Below are positions 26,790 through 41,655 of a stretch of DNA of 64,000 bases, piece by piece. Location: assembly GCA_964057225.1 (NCBI GenBank), contig OZ059894.1, forward strand, positions 12,276,001-12,340,000, written 5' to 3'. The notes beneath the pieces are model-generated. The model saw only the letters and a program-made list of their open reading frames with translations. It made no database searches and was not told the DNA's origin. The stretch comes from Auanema rhodensis. Its lineage: Eukaryota > Animalia > Nematoda. Numbering within the stretch: the first letter of the stretch is position 1; every line of letters begins with the position of its first letter. Made by a program: the position numbers and the translations under genes.

Positions 26790-27970
26790 ACAGTAAAAAG
26801 TCCAATCAAGAGAGAAATTTTTTCAACACATAGTTGTTTTTTTTTTAAATATCATTGTTTTTCCTCATAACTCGGTTTAAACTCGTTCTAACCCGTTGAA
26901 ATACGTCTAGAAAGTCTTTATAACATGCATATGTATGATAGAACTTCATATTTATTGTAATAGAAAATTTTATTTTCAGACGTCTTGGTTAACAATGATA
27001 TGTTTTACCCCCTTATAATTTTTATCATAATGTTCCTTATACGGAACGCTCAATGAAACTTGCTTCCAGAAAAATTTCTTTCTATTTTTTCTTCATATGT
27101 ACGTAGATACTATAGAGAACTATGATAGAAAACTTTAACATTCACGAAATCATCATTTCTCATTACGCTACGGAGGTTTAAAAAGCTGTGTTTTACCTTA
27201 TAATAGACCGGAAAACCCTTGTGTTAAAACTGGACCGTTTTTACACATATAAAAATGTCCCGTATTCGGGACCCTAATGTAACTTTTGATTCCCTATATT
27301 TTTTTTCATGAAATTTACAATCTACTGTAGAAAGAAGAATTATTTTTATAAAAACTGTAAATTTTTGAAAAATGAAAACAAAACGAAAACAAAAACAACT
27401 TTTTTTTGAACATTTTCTCACACAAGGGTCCCCCCTTACCTACTTTTTTTCTCATTACTCGTTTCAACCTCATCCGATCACTCTGCAAACATGTTTAATC
27501 GTTCTAACTTGTTGAAATACGTCTTAAAAGTCTAAACAACATGCATATGCATAATAGAAACCACCCGAATAGGCCCCCACGCACTAAACGAGATATATAC
27601 ATTACCAGTATAGTAATAGAACACATATTGAAGATTAATTCGATAAGAACAATTTATTGACGTAGAGAATGTTTGTTCCGAAAAACTACAATATTAAACT
27701 ATAAAAGTAACAAAAGCGTAGAGGCAGCAAAGACATGAATAAACATAAATGTAAATACAGAATTACCAGGTAGTACATAAGTATGACAAAAAATTATAAG
27801 AAAGCCATGAAAATAGAAGGTTTGTGAACAAATGAGAGGTACATCTTTGATCGTATAGTCATTTCTAAACCGTTCGTATGCTGCAGCATCGTCATAAGCG
27901 TCACTCAAGTTGAATTTCCATGTGTACTACACGATTTTCATTCTTATTGTTACATTCTTTCCCTGAGGGA

Positions 27971-28155
27971 ATGGGCCGTTCCCGCCAGCAGTGCAAGAGC
28001 GGGTCGACCCGTGAGGTGGAGCTAGCAAGCCAGCATCTACCTCAAGTCTCAAAAATCGGTTAACCTTATTGTGAACCAATGGAACACATATCGAAGGTTA
28101 ATTCGATAAGAACGATTACTACACTTTGATCTTAGCCAAAAGGCCGAGAAGCGAT
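27971..28155 (-). ncRNA. U2: U2 snRNA copy 12
   Basis: Same as 717-901. Confidence 0.95.
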
Positions 28156-28597
28156 ACAGCATAGCCATGAGTATCAAAGACATCAAGCAAATGTATCGTA
28201 CTTGTTACGAGTGCACTCTCTCATTTGAATATAAAAGTGTGGTTTGACAATCTTGACTGTACAGGTCATAAATGGCTCATATAAACTGTGGATTTACTCA
28301 ACTTTTGGACTTATTTTTTTCTTATTCGAAGCGCTGCACTTTTTTCTATTCTTTTTATTCAAATACTTGTATATAGTTTTATATGTACGGTTGCAAAGTT
28401 TCCGAATATTTTATATATTTTTATACAATAATTAGGAGAAGGTTAATACAATGAAATCTCCCAACTTTACAGTGTTTGTATTGCTTACAGTATCTAGAAC
28501 AACCACTCTTGTAATATTAGAGCACATATCAATCAACAACTTTTTCTAGTTATCAAAGCTTTTTTATTTCTTCAAGATATTTCAAATAAAATATAAA

Positions 28598-28716
28598 AGC
28601 TTACGACACCCGGGATTCCCAAGCCGTCTCCGATCCAAGTACTAACCGGGCCCAACGTTGCTTGACTTGCCAGATCGGACGGGATGGCGTACTTTCAACG
28701 TGGTATGGTCGTAAGC
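28598..28716 (-). rRNA. 5S: 5S rRNA 12a
   Basis: Same as 1344-1462. Confidence 0.97.
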
Positions 28717-28957
28717 AATGTTATATTCTTCATTATCAGTTATATCACTCTAAATCTTGTTGTTAATAGTTAGGACCACAAAGAAAACAACAGGAACAGT
28801 AACAAATGAAATGCCCAAACTTTACAGTGTTCGAGTTATTTACAGTATCTAAGACTACCTCTGTCGTGTTATTAGAGCAAACATTCGATTAACAACAACT
28901 TTTTTTTAGTTATCAAAGCTTTTTTATTTCTTCAAAAAATTTCAAATAAAATATAAA

Positions 28958-29076
28958 AGCTTACGACACCCGGGATTCCCAAGCCGTCTCCGATCCAAGT
29001 ACTAACCGGGCCCAACGTTGCTTGACTTGCCAGATCGGACGGGATGGCGTACTTTCAACGTGGTATGGTCGTAAGC
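28958..29076 (-). rRNA. 5S: 5S rRNA 12b
   Basis: Same as 1344-1462. Confidence 0.97.
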
Positions 29077-29218
29077 AATGTCATATTCTTCATTATCAGT
29101 TATATCACTCTAAATCTTGTTGTTAATAGATACGACCACAAAGAAAACAACAGGAACAGTAACAATAACAAAAAAAATTTTTTTTTCACCTATGTGTCTA
29201 AAGGTTAGCCATGTATCC

Positions 29219-29254
<36 letters not shown>

Positions 29255-30435
29255 ACAGTAAAAAGTCCAATCAAGAGAGAAATTTTTTCAACACATAGTT
29301 GTTTTTTTTTTAAATATCATTGTTTTTCCTCATAACTCGGTTTAAACTCGTTCTAACCCGTTGAAATACGTCTAGAAAGTCTTTATAACATGCATATGTA
29401 TGATAGAACTTCATATTTATTGTAATAGAAAATTTTATTTTCAGACGTCTTGGTTAACAATGATATGTTTTACCCCCTTATAATTTTTATCATAATGTTC
29501 CTTATACGGAACGCTCAATGAAACTTGCTTCCAGAAAAATTTCTTTCTATTTTTTCTTCATATGTACGTAGATACTATAGAGAACTATGATAGAAAACTT
29601 TAACATTCACGAAATCATCATTTCTCATTACGCTACGGAGGTTTAAAAAGCTGTGTTTTACCTTATAATAGACCGGAAAACCCTTGTGTTAAAACTGGAC
29701 CGTTTTTACACATATAAAAATGTCCCGTATTCGGGACCCTAATGTAACTTTTGATTCCCTATATTTTTTTTCATGAAATTTACAATCTACTGTAGAAAGA
29801 AGAATTATTTTTATAAAAACTGTAAATTTTTGAAAAATGAAAACAAAACGAAAACAAAAACAACTTTTTTTTGAACATTTTCTCACACAAGGGTCCCCCC
29901 TTACCTACTTTTTTTCTCATTACTCGTTTCAACCTCATCCGATCACTCTGCAAACATGTTTAATCGTTCTAACTTGTTGAAATACGTCTTAAAAGTCTAA
30001 ACAACATGCATATGCATAATAGAAACCACCCGAATAGGCCCCCACGCACTAAACGAGATATATACATTACCAGTATAGTAATAGAACACATATTGAAGAT
30101 TAATTCGATAAGAACAATTTATTGACGTAGAGAATGTTTGTTCCGAAAAACTACAATATTAAACTATAAAAGTAACAAAAGCGTAGAGGCAGCAAAGACA
30201 TGAATAAACATAAATGTAAATACAGAATTACCAGGTAGTACATAAGTATGACAAAAAATTATAAGAAAGCCATGAAAATAGAAGGTTTGTGAACAAATGA
30301 GAGGTACATCTTTGATCGTATAGTCATTTCTAAACCGTTCGTATGCTGCAGCATCGTCATAAGCGTCACTCAAGTTGAATTTCCATGTGTACTACACAAT
30401 TTTCATTCTTATTGTTACATTCTTTCCCTGAGGGA

Positions 30436-30620
30436 ATGGGCCGTTCCCGCCAGCAGTGCAAGAGCGGGTCGACCCGTGAGGTGGAGCTAGCAAGCCAGCA
30501 TCTACCTCAAGTCTCAAAAATCGGTTAACCTTATTGTGAACCAATGGAACACATATCGAAGGTTAATTCGATAAGAACGATTACTACACTTTGATCTTAG
30601 CCAAAAGGCCGAGAAGCGAT
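30436..30620 (-). ncRNA. U2: U2 snRNA copy 13
   Basis: Same as 717-901. Confidence 0.95.
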
Positions 30621-31062
30621 ACAGCATAGCCATGAGTATCAAAGACATCAAGCAAATGTATCGTACTTGTTACGAGTGCACTCTCTCATTTGAATATAAA
30701 AGTGTGGTTTGACAATCTTGACTGTACAGGTCATAAATGGCTCATATAAACTGTGGATTTACTCAACTTTTGGACTTATTTTTTTCTTATTCGAAGCGCT
30801 GCACTTTTTTCTATTCTTTTTATTCAAATACTTGTATATAGTTTTATATGTACGGTTGCAAAGTTTCCGAATATTTTATATATTTTTATACAATAATTAG
30901 GAGAAGGTTAATACAATGAAATCTCCCAACTTTACAGTGTTTGTATTGCTTACAGTATCTAGAACAACCACTCTTGTAATATTAGAGCACATATCAATCA
31001 ACAACTTTTTCTAGTTATCAAAGCTTTTTTATTTCTTCAAGATATTTCAAATAAAATATAAA

Positions 31063-31181
31063 AGCTTACGACACCCGGGATTCCCAAGCCGTCTCCGATC
31101 CAAGTACTAACCGGGCCCAACGTTGCTTGACTTGCCAGATCGGACGGGATGGCGTACTTTCAACGTGGTATGGTCGTAAGC
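31063..31181 (-). rRNA. 5S: 5S rRNA 13a
   Basis: Same as 1344-1462. Confidence 0.97.
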
Positions 31182-31422
31182 AATGTTATATTCTTCATTA
31201 TCAGTTATATCACTCTAAATCTTGTTGTTAATAGTTAGGACCACAAAGAAAACAACAGGAACAGTAACAAATGAAATGCCCAAACTTTACAGTGTTCGAG
31301 TTATTTACAGTATCTAAGACTACCTCTGTCGTGTTATTAGAGCAAACATTCGATTAACAACAACTTTTTTTTAGTTATCAAAGCTTTTTTATTTCTTCAA
31401 AAAATTTCAAATAAAATATAAA

Positions 31423-31541
31423 AGCTTACGACACCCGGGATTCCCAAGCCGTCTCCGATCCAAGTACTAACCGGGCCCAACGTTGCTTGACTTGCCAGAT
31501 CGGACGGGATGGCGTACTTTCAACGTGGTATGGTCGTAAGC
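31423..31541 (-). rRNA. 5S: 5S rRNA 13b
   Basis: Same as 1344-1462. Confidence 0.97.
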
Positions 31542-31683
31542 AATGTCATATTCTTCATTATCAGTTATATCACTCTAAATCTTGTTGTTAATAGATACGA
31601 CCACAAAGAAAACAACAGGAACAGTAACAATAACAAAAAAAATTTTTTTTTCACCTATGTGTCTAAAGGTTAGCCATGTATCC

Positions 31684-31737
<54 letters not shown>

Positions 31738-32918
31738 ACAGTAAAAAGTCCAATCAAGAGAGAAATTTTTTCAACACATAGTTGTTTTTTTTTTAAATAT
31801 CATTGTTTTTCCTCATAACTCGGTTTAAACTCGTTCTAACCCGTTGAAATACGTCTAGAAAGTCTTTATAACATGCATATGTATGATAGAACTTCATATT
31901 TATTGTAATAGAAAATTTTATTTTCAGACGTCTTGGTTAACAATGATATGTTTTACCCCCTTATAATTTTTATCATAATGTTCCTTATACGGAACGCTCA
32001 ATGAAACTTGCTTCCAGAAAAATTTCTTTCTATTTTTTCTTCATATGTACGTAGATACTATAGAGAACTATGATAGAAAACTTTAACATTCACGAAATCA
32101 TCATTTCTCATTACGCTACGGAGGTTTAAAAAGCTGTGTTTTACCTTATAATAGACCGGAAAACCCTTGTGTTAAAACTGGACCGTTTTTACACATATAA
32201 AAATGTCCCGTATTCGGGACCCTAATGTAACTTTTGATTCCCTATATTTTTTTTCATGAAATTTACAATCTACTGTAGAAAGAAGAATTATTTTTATAAA
32301 AACTGTAAATTTTTGAAAAATGAAAACAAAACGAAAACAAAAACAACTTTTTTTTGAACATTTTCTCACACAAGGGTCCCCCCTTACCTACTTTTTTTCT
32401 CATTACTCGTTTCAACCTCATCCGATCACTCTGCAAACATGTTTAATCGTTCTAACTTGTTGAAATACGTCTTAAAAGTCTAAACAACATGCATATGCAT
32501 AATAGAAACCACCCGAATAGGCCCCCACGCACTAAACGAGATATATACATTACCAGTATAGTAATAGAACACATATTGAAGATTAATTCGATAAGAACAA
32601 TTTATTGACGTAGAGAATGTTTGTTCCGAAAAACTACAATATTAAACTATAAAAGTAACAAAAGCGTAGAGGCAGCAAAGACATGAATAAACATAAATGT
32701 AAATACAGAATTACCAGGTAGTACATAAGTATGACAAAAAATTATAAGAAAGCCATGAAAATAGAAGGTTTGTGAACAAATGAGAGGTACATCTTTGATC
32801 GTATAGTCATTTCTAAACCGTTCGTATGCTGCAGCATCGTCATAAGCGTCACTCAAGTTGAATTTCCATGTGTACTACACGATTTTCATTCTTATTGTTA
32901 CATTCTTTCCCTGAGGGA

Positions 32919-33103
32919 ATGGGCCGTTCCCGCCAGCAGTGCAAGAGCGGGTCGACCCGTGAGGTGGAGCTAGCAAGCCAGCATCTACCTCAAGTCTCAA
33001 AAATCGGTTAACCTTATTGTGAACCAATGGAACACATATCGAAGGTTAATTCGATAAGAACGATTACTACACTTTGATCTTAGCCAAAAGGCCGAGAAGC
33101 GAT
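32919..33103 (-). ncRNA. U2: U2 snRNA copy 14
   Basis: Same as 717-901. Confidence 0.95.
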
Positions 33104-33545
33104 ACAGCATAGCCATGAGTATCAAAGACATCAAGCAAATGTATCGTACTTGTTACGAGTGCACTCTCTCATTTGAATATAAAAGTGTGGTTTGACAATC
33201 TTGACTGTACAGGTCATAAATGGCTCATATAAACTGTGGATTTACTCAACTTTTGGACTTATTTTTTTCTTATTCGAAGCGCTGCACTTTTTTCTATTCT
33301 TTTTATTCAAATACTTGTATATAGTTTTATATGTACGGTTGCAAAGTTTCCGAATATTTTATATATTTTTATACAATAATTAGGAGAAGGTTAATACAAT
33401 GAAATCTCCCAACTTTACAGTGTTTGTATTGCTTACAGTATCTAGAACAACCACTCTTGTAATATTAGAGCACATATCAATCAACAACTTTTTCTAGTTA
33501 TCAAAGCTTTTTTATTTCTTCAAGATATTTCAAATAAAATATAAA

Positions 33546-33664
33546 AGCTTACGACACCCGGGATTCCCAAGCCGTCTCCGATCCAAGTACTAACCGGGCC
33601 CAACGTTGCTTGACTTGCCAGATCGGACGGGATGGCGTACTTTCAACGTGGTATGGTCGTAAGC
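33546..33664 (-). rRNA. 5S: 5S rRNA 14a
   Basis: Same as 1344-1462. Confidence 0.97.
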
Positions 33665-33905
33665 AATGTTATATTCTTCATTATCAGTTATATCACTCTA
33701 AATCTTGTTGTTAATAGTTAGGACCACAAAGAAAACAACAGGAACAGTAACAAATGAAATGCCCAAACTTTACAGTGTTCGAGTTATTTACAGTATCTAA
33801 GACTACCTCTGTCGTGTTATTAGAGCAAACATTCGATTAACAACAACTTTTTTTTAGTTATCAAAGCTTTTTTATTTCTTCAAAAAATTTCAAATAAAAT
33901 ATAAA

Positions 33906-34024
33906 AGCTTACGACACCCGGGATTCCCAAGCCGTCTCCGATCCAAGTACTAACCGGGCCCAACGTTGCTTGACTTGCCAGATCGGACGGGATGGCGTAC
34001 TTTCAACGTGGTATGGTCGTAAGC
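33906..34024 (-). rRNA. 5S: 5S rRNA 14b
   Basis: Same as 1344-1462. Confidence 0.97.
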
Positions 34025-34166
34025 AATGTCATATTCTTCATTATCAGTTATATCACTCTAAATCTTGTTGTTAATAGATACGACCACAAAGAAAACAACA
34101 GGAACAGTAACAATAACAAAAAAAATTTTTTTTTCACCTATGTGTCTAAAGGTTAGCCATGTATCC

Positions 34167-34218
<52 letters not shown>

Positions 34219-35399
34219 ACAGTAAAAAGTCCAATCAAGAGAGAAATTTTTTCAACACATAGTTGTTTTTTTTTAAAATATCATTGTTTTTCCTCATAAC
34301 TCGGTTTAAACTCGTTCTAACCCGTTGAAATACGTCTAGAAAGTCTTTATAACATGCATATGTATGATAGAACTTCATATTTATTGTAATAGAAAATTTT
34401 ATTTTCAGACGTCTTGGTTAACAATGATATGTTTTACCCCCTTATAATTTTTATCATAATGTTCCTTATACGGAACGCTCAATGAAACTTGCTTCCAGAA
34501 AAATTTCTTTCTATTTTTTCTTCATATGTACGTAGATACTATAGAGAACTATGATAGAAAACTTTAACATTCACGAAATCATCATTTCTCATTACGCTAC
34601 GGAGGTTTAAAAAGCTGTGTTTTACCTTATAATAGACCGGAAAACCCTTGTGTTAAAACTGGACCGTTTTTACACATATAAAAATGTCCCGTATTCGGGA
34701 CCCTAATGTAACTTTTGATTCCCTATATTTTTTTTCATGAAATTTACAATCTACTGTAGAAAGAAGAATTATTTTTATAAAAACTGTAAATTTTTGAAAA
34801 ATGAAAACAAAACGAAAACAAAAACAACTTTTTTTTGAACATTTTCTCACACAAGGGTCCCCCCTTACCTACTTTTTTTCTCATTACTCGTTTCAACCTC
34901 ATCCGATCACTCTGCAAACATGTTTAATCGTTCTAACTTGTTGAAATACGTCTTAAAAGTCTAAACAACATGCATATGCATAATAGAAACCACCCGAATA
35001 GGCCCCCACGCACTAAACGAGATATATACATTACCAGTATAGTAATAGAACACATATTGAAGATTAATTCGATAAGAACAATTTATTGACGTAGAGAATG
35101 TTTGTTCCGAAAAACTACAATATTAAACTATAAAAGTAACAAAAGCGTAGAGGCAGCAAAGACATGAATAAACATAAATGTAAATACAGAATTACCAGGT
35201 AGTACATAAGTATGACAAAAAATTATAAGAAAGCCATGAAAATAGAAGGTTTGTGAACAAATGAGAGGTACATCTTTGATCGTATAGTCATTTCTAAACC
35301 GTTCGTATGCTGCAGCATCGTCATAAGCGTCACTCAAGTTGAATTTCCATGTGTACTACACGATTTTCATTCTTATTGTTACATTCTTTCCCTGAGGGA

Positions 35400-35584
35400 A
35401 TGGGCCGTTCCCGCCAGCAGTGCAAGAGCGGGTCGACCCGTGAGGTGGAGCTAGCAAGCCAGCATCTACCTCAAGTCTCAAAAATCGGTTAACCTTATTG
35501 TGAACCAATGGAACACATATCGAAGGTTAATTCGATAAGAACGATTACTACACTTTGATCTTAGCCAAAAGGCCGAGAAGCGAT
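35400..35584 (-). ncRNA. U2: U2 snRNA copy 15
   Basis: Same as 717-901. Confidence 0.95.
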
Positions 35585-36026
35585 ACAGCATAGCCATGAG
35601 TATCAAAGACATCAAGCAAATGTATCGTACTTGTTACGAGTGCACTCTCTCATTTGAATATAAAAGTGTGGTTTGACAATCTTGACTGTACAGGTCATAA
35701 ATGGCTCATATAAACTGTGGATTTACTCAACTTTTGGACTTATTTTTTTCTTATTCGAAGCGCTGCACTTTTTTCTATTCTTTTTATTCAAATACTTGTA
35801 TATAGTTTTATATGTACGGTTGCAAAGTTTCCGAATATTTTATATATTTTTATACAATAATTAGGAGAAGGTTAATACAATGAAATCTCCCAACTTTACA
35901 GTGTTTGTATTGCTTACAGTATCTAGAACAACCACTCTTGTAATATTAGAGCACATATCAATCAACAACTTTTTCTAGTTATCAAAGCTTTTTTATTTCT
36001 TCAAGATATTTCAAATAAAATATAAA

Positions 36027-36145
36027 AGCTTACGACACCCGGGATTCCCAAGCCGTCTCCGATCCAAGTACTAACCGGGCCCAACGTTGCTTGACTTGCC
36101 AGATCGGACGGGATGGCGTACTTTCAACGTGGTATGGTCGTAAGC
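36027..36145 (-). rRNA. 5S: 5S rRNA 15a
   Basis: Same as 1344-1462. Confidence 0.97.
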
Positions 36146-36386
36146 AATGTTATATTCTTCATTATCAGTTATATCACTCTAAATCTTGTTGTTAATAGTT
36201 AGGACCACAAAGAAAACAACAGGAACAGTAACAAATGAAATGCCCAAACTTTACAGTGTTCGAGTTATTTACAGTATCTAAGACTACCTCTGTCGTGTTA
36301 TTAGAGCAAACATTCGATTAACAACAACTTTTTTTTAGTTATCAAAGCTTTTTTATTTCTTCAAAAAATTTCAAATAAAATATAAA

Positions 36387-36505
36387 AGCTTACGACACCC
36401 GGGATTCCCAAGCCGTCTCCGATCCAAGTACTAACCGGGCCCAACGTTGCTTGACTTGCCAGATCGGACGGGATGGCGTACTTTCAACGTGGTATGGTCG
36501 TAAGC
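36387..36505 (-). rRNA. 5S: 5S rRNA 15b
   Basis: Same as 1344-1462. Confidence 0.97.
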
Positions 36506-36647
36506 AATGTCATATTCTTCATTATCAGTTATATCACTCTAAATCTTGTTGTTAATAGATACGACCACAAAGAAAACAACAGGAACAGTAACAATAACAA
36601 AAAAAATTTTTTTTTCACCTATGTGTCTAAAGGTTAGCCATGTATCC

Positions 36648-36697
<50 letters not shown>

Positions 36698-37878
36698 ACA
36701 GTAAAAAGTCCAATCAAGAGAGAAATTTTTTCAACACATAGTTGTTTTTTTTTTAAATATCATTGTTTTTCCTCATAACTCGGTTTAAACTCGTTCTAAC
36801 CCGTTGAAATACGTCTAGAAAGTCTTTATAACATGCATATGTATGATAGAACTTCATATTTATTGTAATAGAAAATTTTATTTTCAGACGTCTTGGTTAA
36901 CAATGATATGTTTTACCCCCTTATAATTTTTATCATAATGTTCCTTATACGGAACGCTCAATGAAACTTGCTTCCAGAAAAATTTCTTTCTATTTTTTCT
37001 TCATATGTACGTAGATACTATAGAGAACTATGATAGAAAACTTTAACATTCACGAAATCATCATTTCTCATTACGCTACGGAGGTTTAAAAAGCTGTGTT
37101 TTACCTTATAATAGACCGGAAAACCCTTGTGTTAAAACTGGACCGTTTTTACACATATAAAAATGTCCCGTATTCGGGACCCTAATGTAACTTTTGATTC
37201 CCTATATTTTTTTTCATGAAATTTACAATCTACTGTAGAAAGAAGAATTATTTTTATAAAAACTGTAAATTTTTGAAAAATGAAAACAAAACGAAAACAA
37301 AAACAACTTTTTTTTGAACATTTTCTCACACAAGGGTCCCCCCTTACCTACTTTTTTTCTCATTACTCGTTTCAACCTCATCCGATCACTCTGCAAACAT
37401 GTTTAATCGTTCTAACTTGTTGAAATACGTCTTAAAAGTCTAAACAACATGCATATGCATAATAGAAACCACCCGAATAGGCCCCCACGCACTAAACGAG
37501 ATATATACATTACCAGTATAGTAATAGAACACATATTGAAGATTAATTCGATAAGAACAATTTATTGACGTAGAGAATGTTTGTTCCGAAAAACTACAAT
37601 ATTAAACTATAAAAGTAACAAAAGCGTAGAGGCAGCAAAGACATGAATAAACATAAATGTAAATACAGAATTACCAGGTAGTACATAAGTATGACAAAAA
37701 ATTATAAGAAAGCCATGAAAATAGAAGGTTTGTGAACAAATGAGAGGTACATCTTTGATCGTATAGTCATTTCTAAACCGTTCGTATGCTGCAGCATCGT
37801 CATAAGCGTCACTCAAGTTGAATTTCCATGTGTACTACACGATTTTCATTCTTATTGTTACATTCTTTCCCTGAGGGA

Positions 37879-38063
37879 ATGGGCCGTTCCCGCCAGCAGT
37901 GCAAGAGCGGGTCGACCCGTGAGGTGGAGCTAGCAAGCCAGCATCTACCTCAAGTCTCAAAAATCGGTTAACCTTATTGTGAACCAATGGAACACATATC
38001 GAAGGTTAATTCGATAAGAACGATTACTACACTTTGATCTTAGCCAAAAGGCCGAGAAGCGAT
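37879..38063 (-). ncRNA. U2: U2 snRNA copy 16
   Basis: Same as 717-901. Confidence 0.95.
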
Positions 38064-38505
38064 ACAGCATAGCCATGAGTATCAAAGACATCAAGCAAAT
38101 GTATCGTACTTGTTACGAGTGCACTCTCTCATTTGAATATAAAAGTGTGGTTTGACAATCTTGACTGTACAGGTCATAAATGGCTCATATAAACTGTGGA
38201 TTTACTCAACTTTTGGACTTATTTTTTTCTTATTCGAAGCGCTGCACTTTTTTCTATTCTTTTTATTCAAATACTTGTATATAGTTTTATATGTACGGTT
38301 GCAAAGTTTCCGAATATTTTATATATTTTTATACAATAATTAGGAGAAGGTTAATACAATGAAATCTCCCAACTTTACAGTGTTTGTATTGCTTACAGTA
38401 TCTAGAACAACCACTCTTGTAATATTAGAGCACATATCAATCAACAACTTTTTCTAGTTATCAAAGCTTTTTTATTTCTTCAAGATATTTCAAATAAAAT
38501 ATAAA

Positions 38506-38624
38506 AGCTTACGACACCCGGGATTCCCAAGCCGTCTCCGATCCAAGTACTAACCGGGCCCAACGTTGCTTGACTTGCCAGATCGGACGGGATGGCGTAC
38601 TTTCAACGTGGTATGGTCGTAAGC
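38506..38624 (-). rRNA. 5S: 5S rRNA 16a
   Basis: Same as 1344-1462. Confidence 0.97.
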
Positions 38625-38865
38625 AATGTTATATTCTTCATTATCAGTTATATCACTCTAAATCTTGTTGTTAATAGTTAGGACCACAAAGAAAACAACA
38701 GGAACAGTAACAAATGAAATGCCCAAACTTTACAGTGTTCGAGTTATTTACAGTATCTAAGACTACCTCTGTCGTGTTATTAGAGCAAACATTCGATTAA
38801 CAACAACTTTTTTTTAGTTATCAAAGCTTTTTTATTTCTTCAAAAAATTTCAAATAAAATATAAA

Positions 38866-38984
38866 AGCTTACGACACCCGGGATTCCCAAGCCGTCTCCG
38901 ATCCAAGTACTAACCGGGCCCAACGTTGCTTGACTTGCCAGATCGGACGGGATGGCGTACTTTCAACGTGGTATGGTCGTAAGC
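38866..38984 (-). rRNA. 5S: 5S rRNA 16b
   Basis: Same as 1344-1462. Confidence 0.97.
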
Positions 38985-39126
38985 AATGTCATATTCTTCA
39001 TTATCAGTTATATCACTCTAAATCTTGTTGTTAATAGATACGACCACAAAGAAAACAACAGGAACAGTAACAATAACAAAAAAAATTTTTTTTTCACCTA
39101 TGTGTCTAAAGGTTAGCCATGTATCC

Positions 39127-39178
<52 letters not shown>

Positions 39179-40359
39179 ACAGTAAAAAGTCCAATCAAGA
39201 GAGAAATTTTTTCAACACATAGTTGTTTTTTTTTTAAATATCATTGTTTTTCCTCATAACTCGGTTTAAACTCGTTCTAACCCGTTGAAATACGTCTAGA
39301 AAGTCTTTATAACATGCATATGTATGATAGAACTTCATATTTATTGTAATAGAAAATTTTATTTTCAGACGTCTTGGTTAACAATGATATGTTTTACCCC
39401 CTTATAATTTTTATCATAATGTTCCTTATACGGAACGCTCAATGAAACTTGCTTCCAGAAAAATTTCTTTCTATTTTTTCTTCATATGTACGTAGATACT
39501 ATAGAGAACTATGATAGAAAACTTTAACATTCACGAAATCATCATTTCTCATTACGCTACGGAGGTTTAAAAAGCTGTGTTTTACCTTATAATAGACCGG
39601 AAAACCCTTGTGTTAAAACTGGACCGTTTTTACACATATAAAAATGTCCCGTATTCGGGACCCTAATGTAACTTTTGATTCCCTATATTTTTTTTCATGA
39701 AATTTACAATCTACTGTAGAAAGAAGAATTATTTTTATAAAAACTGTAAATTTTTGAAAAATGAAAACAAAACGAAAACAAAAACAACTTTTTTTTGAAC
39801 ATTTTCTCACACAAGGGTCCCCCCTTACCTACTTTTTTTCTCATTACTCGTTTCAACCTCATCCGATCACTCTGCAAACATGTTTAATCGTTCTAACTTG
39901 TTGAAATACGTCTTAAAAGTCTAAACAACATGCATATGCATAATAGAAACCACCCGAATAGGCCCCCACGCACTAAACGAGATATATACATTACCAGTAT
40001 AGTAATAGAACACATATTGAAGATTAATTCGATAAGAACAATTTATTGACGTAGAGAATGTTTGTTCCGAAAAACTACAATATTAAACTATAAAAGTAAC
40101 AAAAGCGTAGAGGCAGCAAAGACATGAATAAACATAAATGTAAATACAGAATTACCAGGTAGTACATAAGTATGACAAAAAATTATAAGAAAGCCATGAA
40201 AATAGAAGGTTTGTGAACAAATGAGAGGTACATCTTTGATCGTATAGTCATTTCTAAACCGTTCGTATGCTGCAGCATCGTCATAAGCGTCACTCAAGTT
40301 GAATTTCCATGTGTACTACACGATTTTCATTCTTATTGTTACATTCTTTCCCTGAGGGA

Positions 40360-40544
40360 ATGGGCCGTTCCCGCCAGCAGTGCAAGAGCGGGTCGACCCG
40401 TGAGGTGGAGCTAGCAAGCCAGCATCTACCTCAAGTCTCAAAAATCGGTTAACCTTATTGTGAACCAATGGAACACATATCGAAGGTTAATTCGATAAGA
40501 ACGATTACTACACTTTGATCTTAGCCAAAAGGCCGAGAAGCGAT
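40360..40544 (-). ncRNA. U2: U2 snRNA copy 17
   Basis: Same as 717-901. Confidence 0.95.
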
Positions 40545-40986
40545 ACAGCATAGCCATGAGTATCAAAGACATCAAGCAAATGTATCGTACTTGTTACGAG
40601 TGCACTCTCTCATTTGAATATAAAAGTGTGGTTTGACAATCTTGACTGTACAGGTCATAAATGGCTCATATAAACTGTGGATTTACTCAACTTTTGGACT
40701 TATTTTTTTCTTATTCGAAGCGCTGCACTTTTTTCTATTCTTTTTATTCAAATACTTGTATATAGTTTTATATGTACGGTTGCAAAGTTTCCGAATATTT
40801 TATATATTTTTATACAATAATTAGGAGAAGGTTAATACAATGAAATCTCCCAACTTTACAGTGTTTGTATTGCTTACAGTATCTAGAACAACCACTCTTG
40901 TAATATTAGAGCACATATCAATCAACAACTTTTTCTAGTTATCAAAGCTTTTTTATTTCTTCAAGATATTTCAAATAAAATATAAA

Positions 40987-41105
40987 AGCTTACGACACCC
41001 GGGATTCCCAAGCCGTCTCCGATCCAAGTACTAACCGGGCCCAACGTTGCTTGACTTGCCAGATCGGACGGGATGGCGTACTTTCAACGTGGTATGGTCG
41101 TAAGC
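40987..41105 (-). rRNA. 5S: 5S rRNA 17a
   Basis: Same as 1344-1462. Confidence 0.97.
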
Positions 41106-41346
41106 AATGTTATATTCTTCATTATCAGTTATATCACTCTAAATCTTGTTGTTAATAGTTAGGACCACAAAGAAAACAACAGGAACAGTAACAAATGAAA
41201 TGCCCAAACTTTACAGTGTTCGAGTTATTTACAGTATCTAAGACTACCTCTGTCGTGTTATTAGAGCAAACATTCGATTAACAACAACTTTTTTTTAGTT
41301 ATCAAAGCTTTTTTATTTCTTCAAAAAATTTCAAATAAAATATAAA

Positions 41347-41465
41347 AGCTTACGACACCCGGGATTCCCAAGCCGTCTCCGATCCAAGTACTAACCGGGC
41401 CCAACGTTGCTTGACTTGCCAGATCGGACGGGATGGCGTACTTTCAACGTGGTATGGTCGTAAGC
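41347..41465 (-). rRNA. 5S: 5S rRNA 17b
   Basis: Same as 1344-1462. Confidence 0.97.
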
Positions 41466-41607
41466 AATGTCATATTCTTCATTATCAGTTATATCACTCT
41501 AAATCTTGTTGTTAATAGATACGACCACAAAGAAAACAACAGGAACAGTAACAATAACAAAAAAAATTTTTTTTTCACCTATGTGTCTAAAGGTTAGCCA
41601 TGTATCC

Positions 41608-41655
<48 letters not shown>

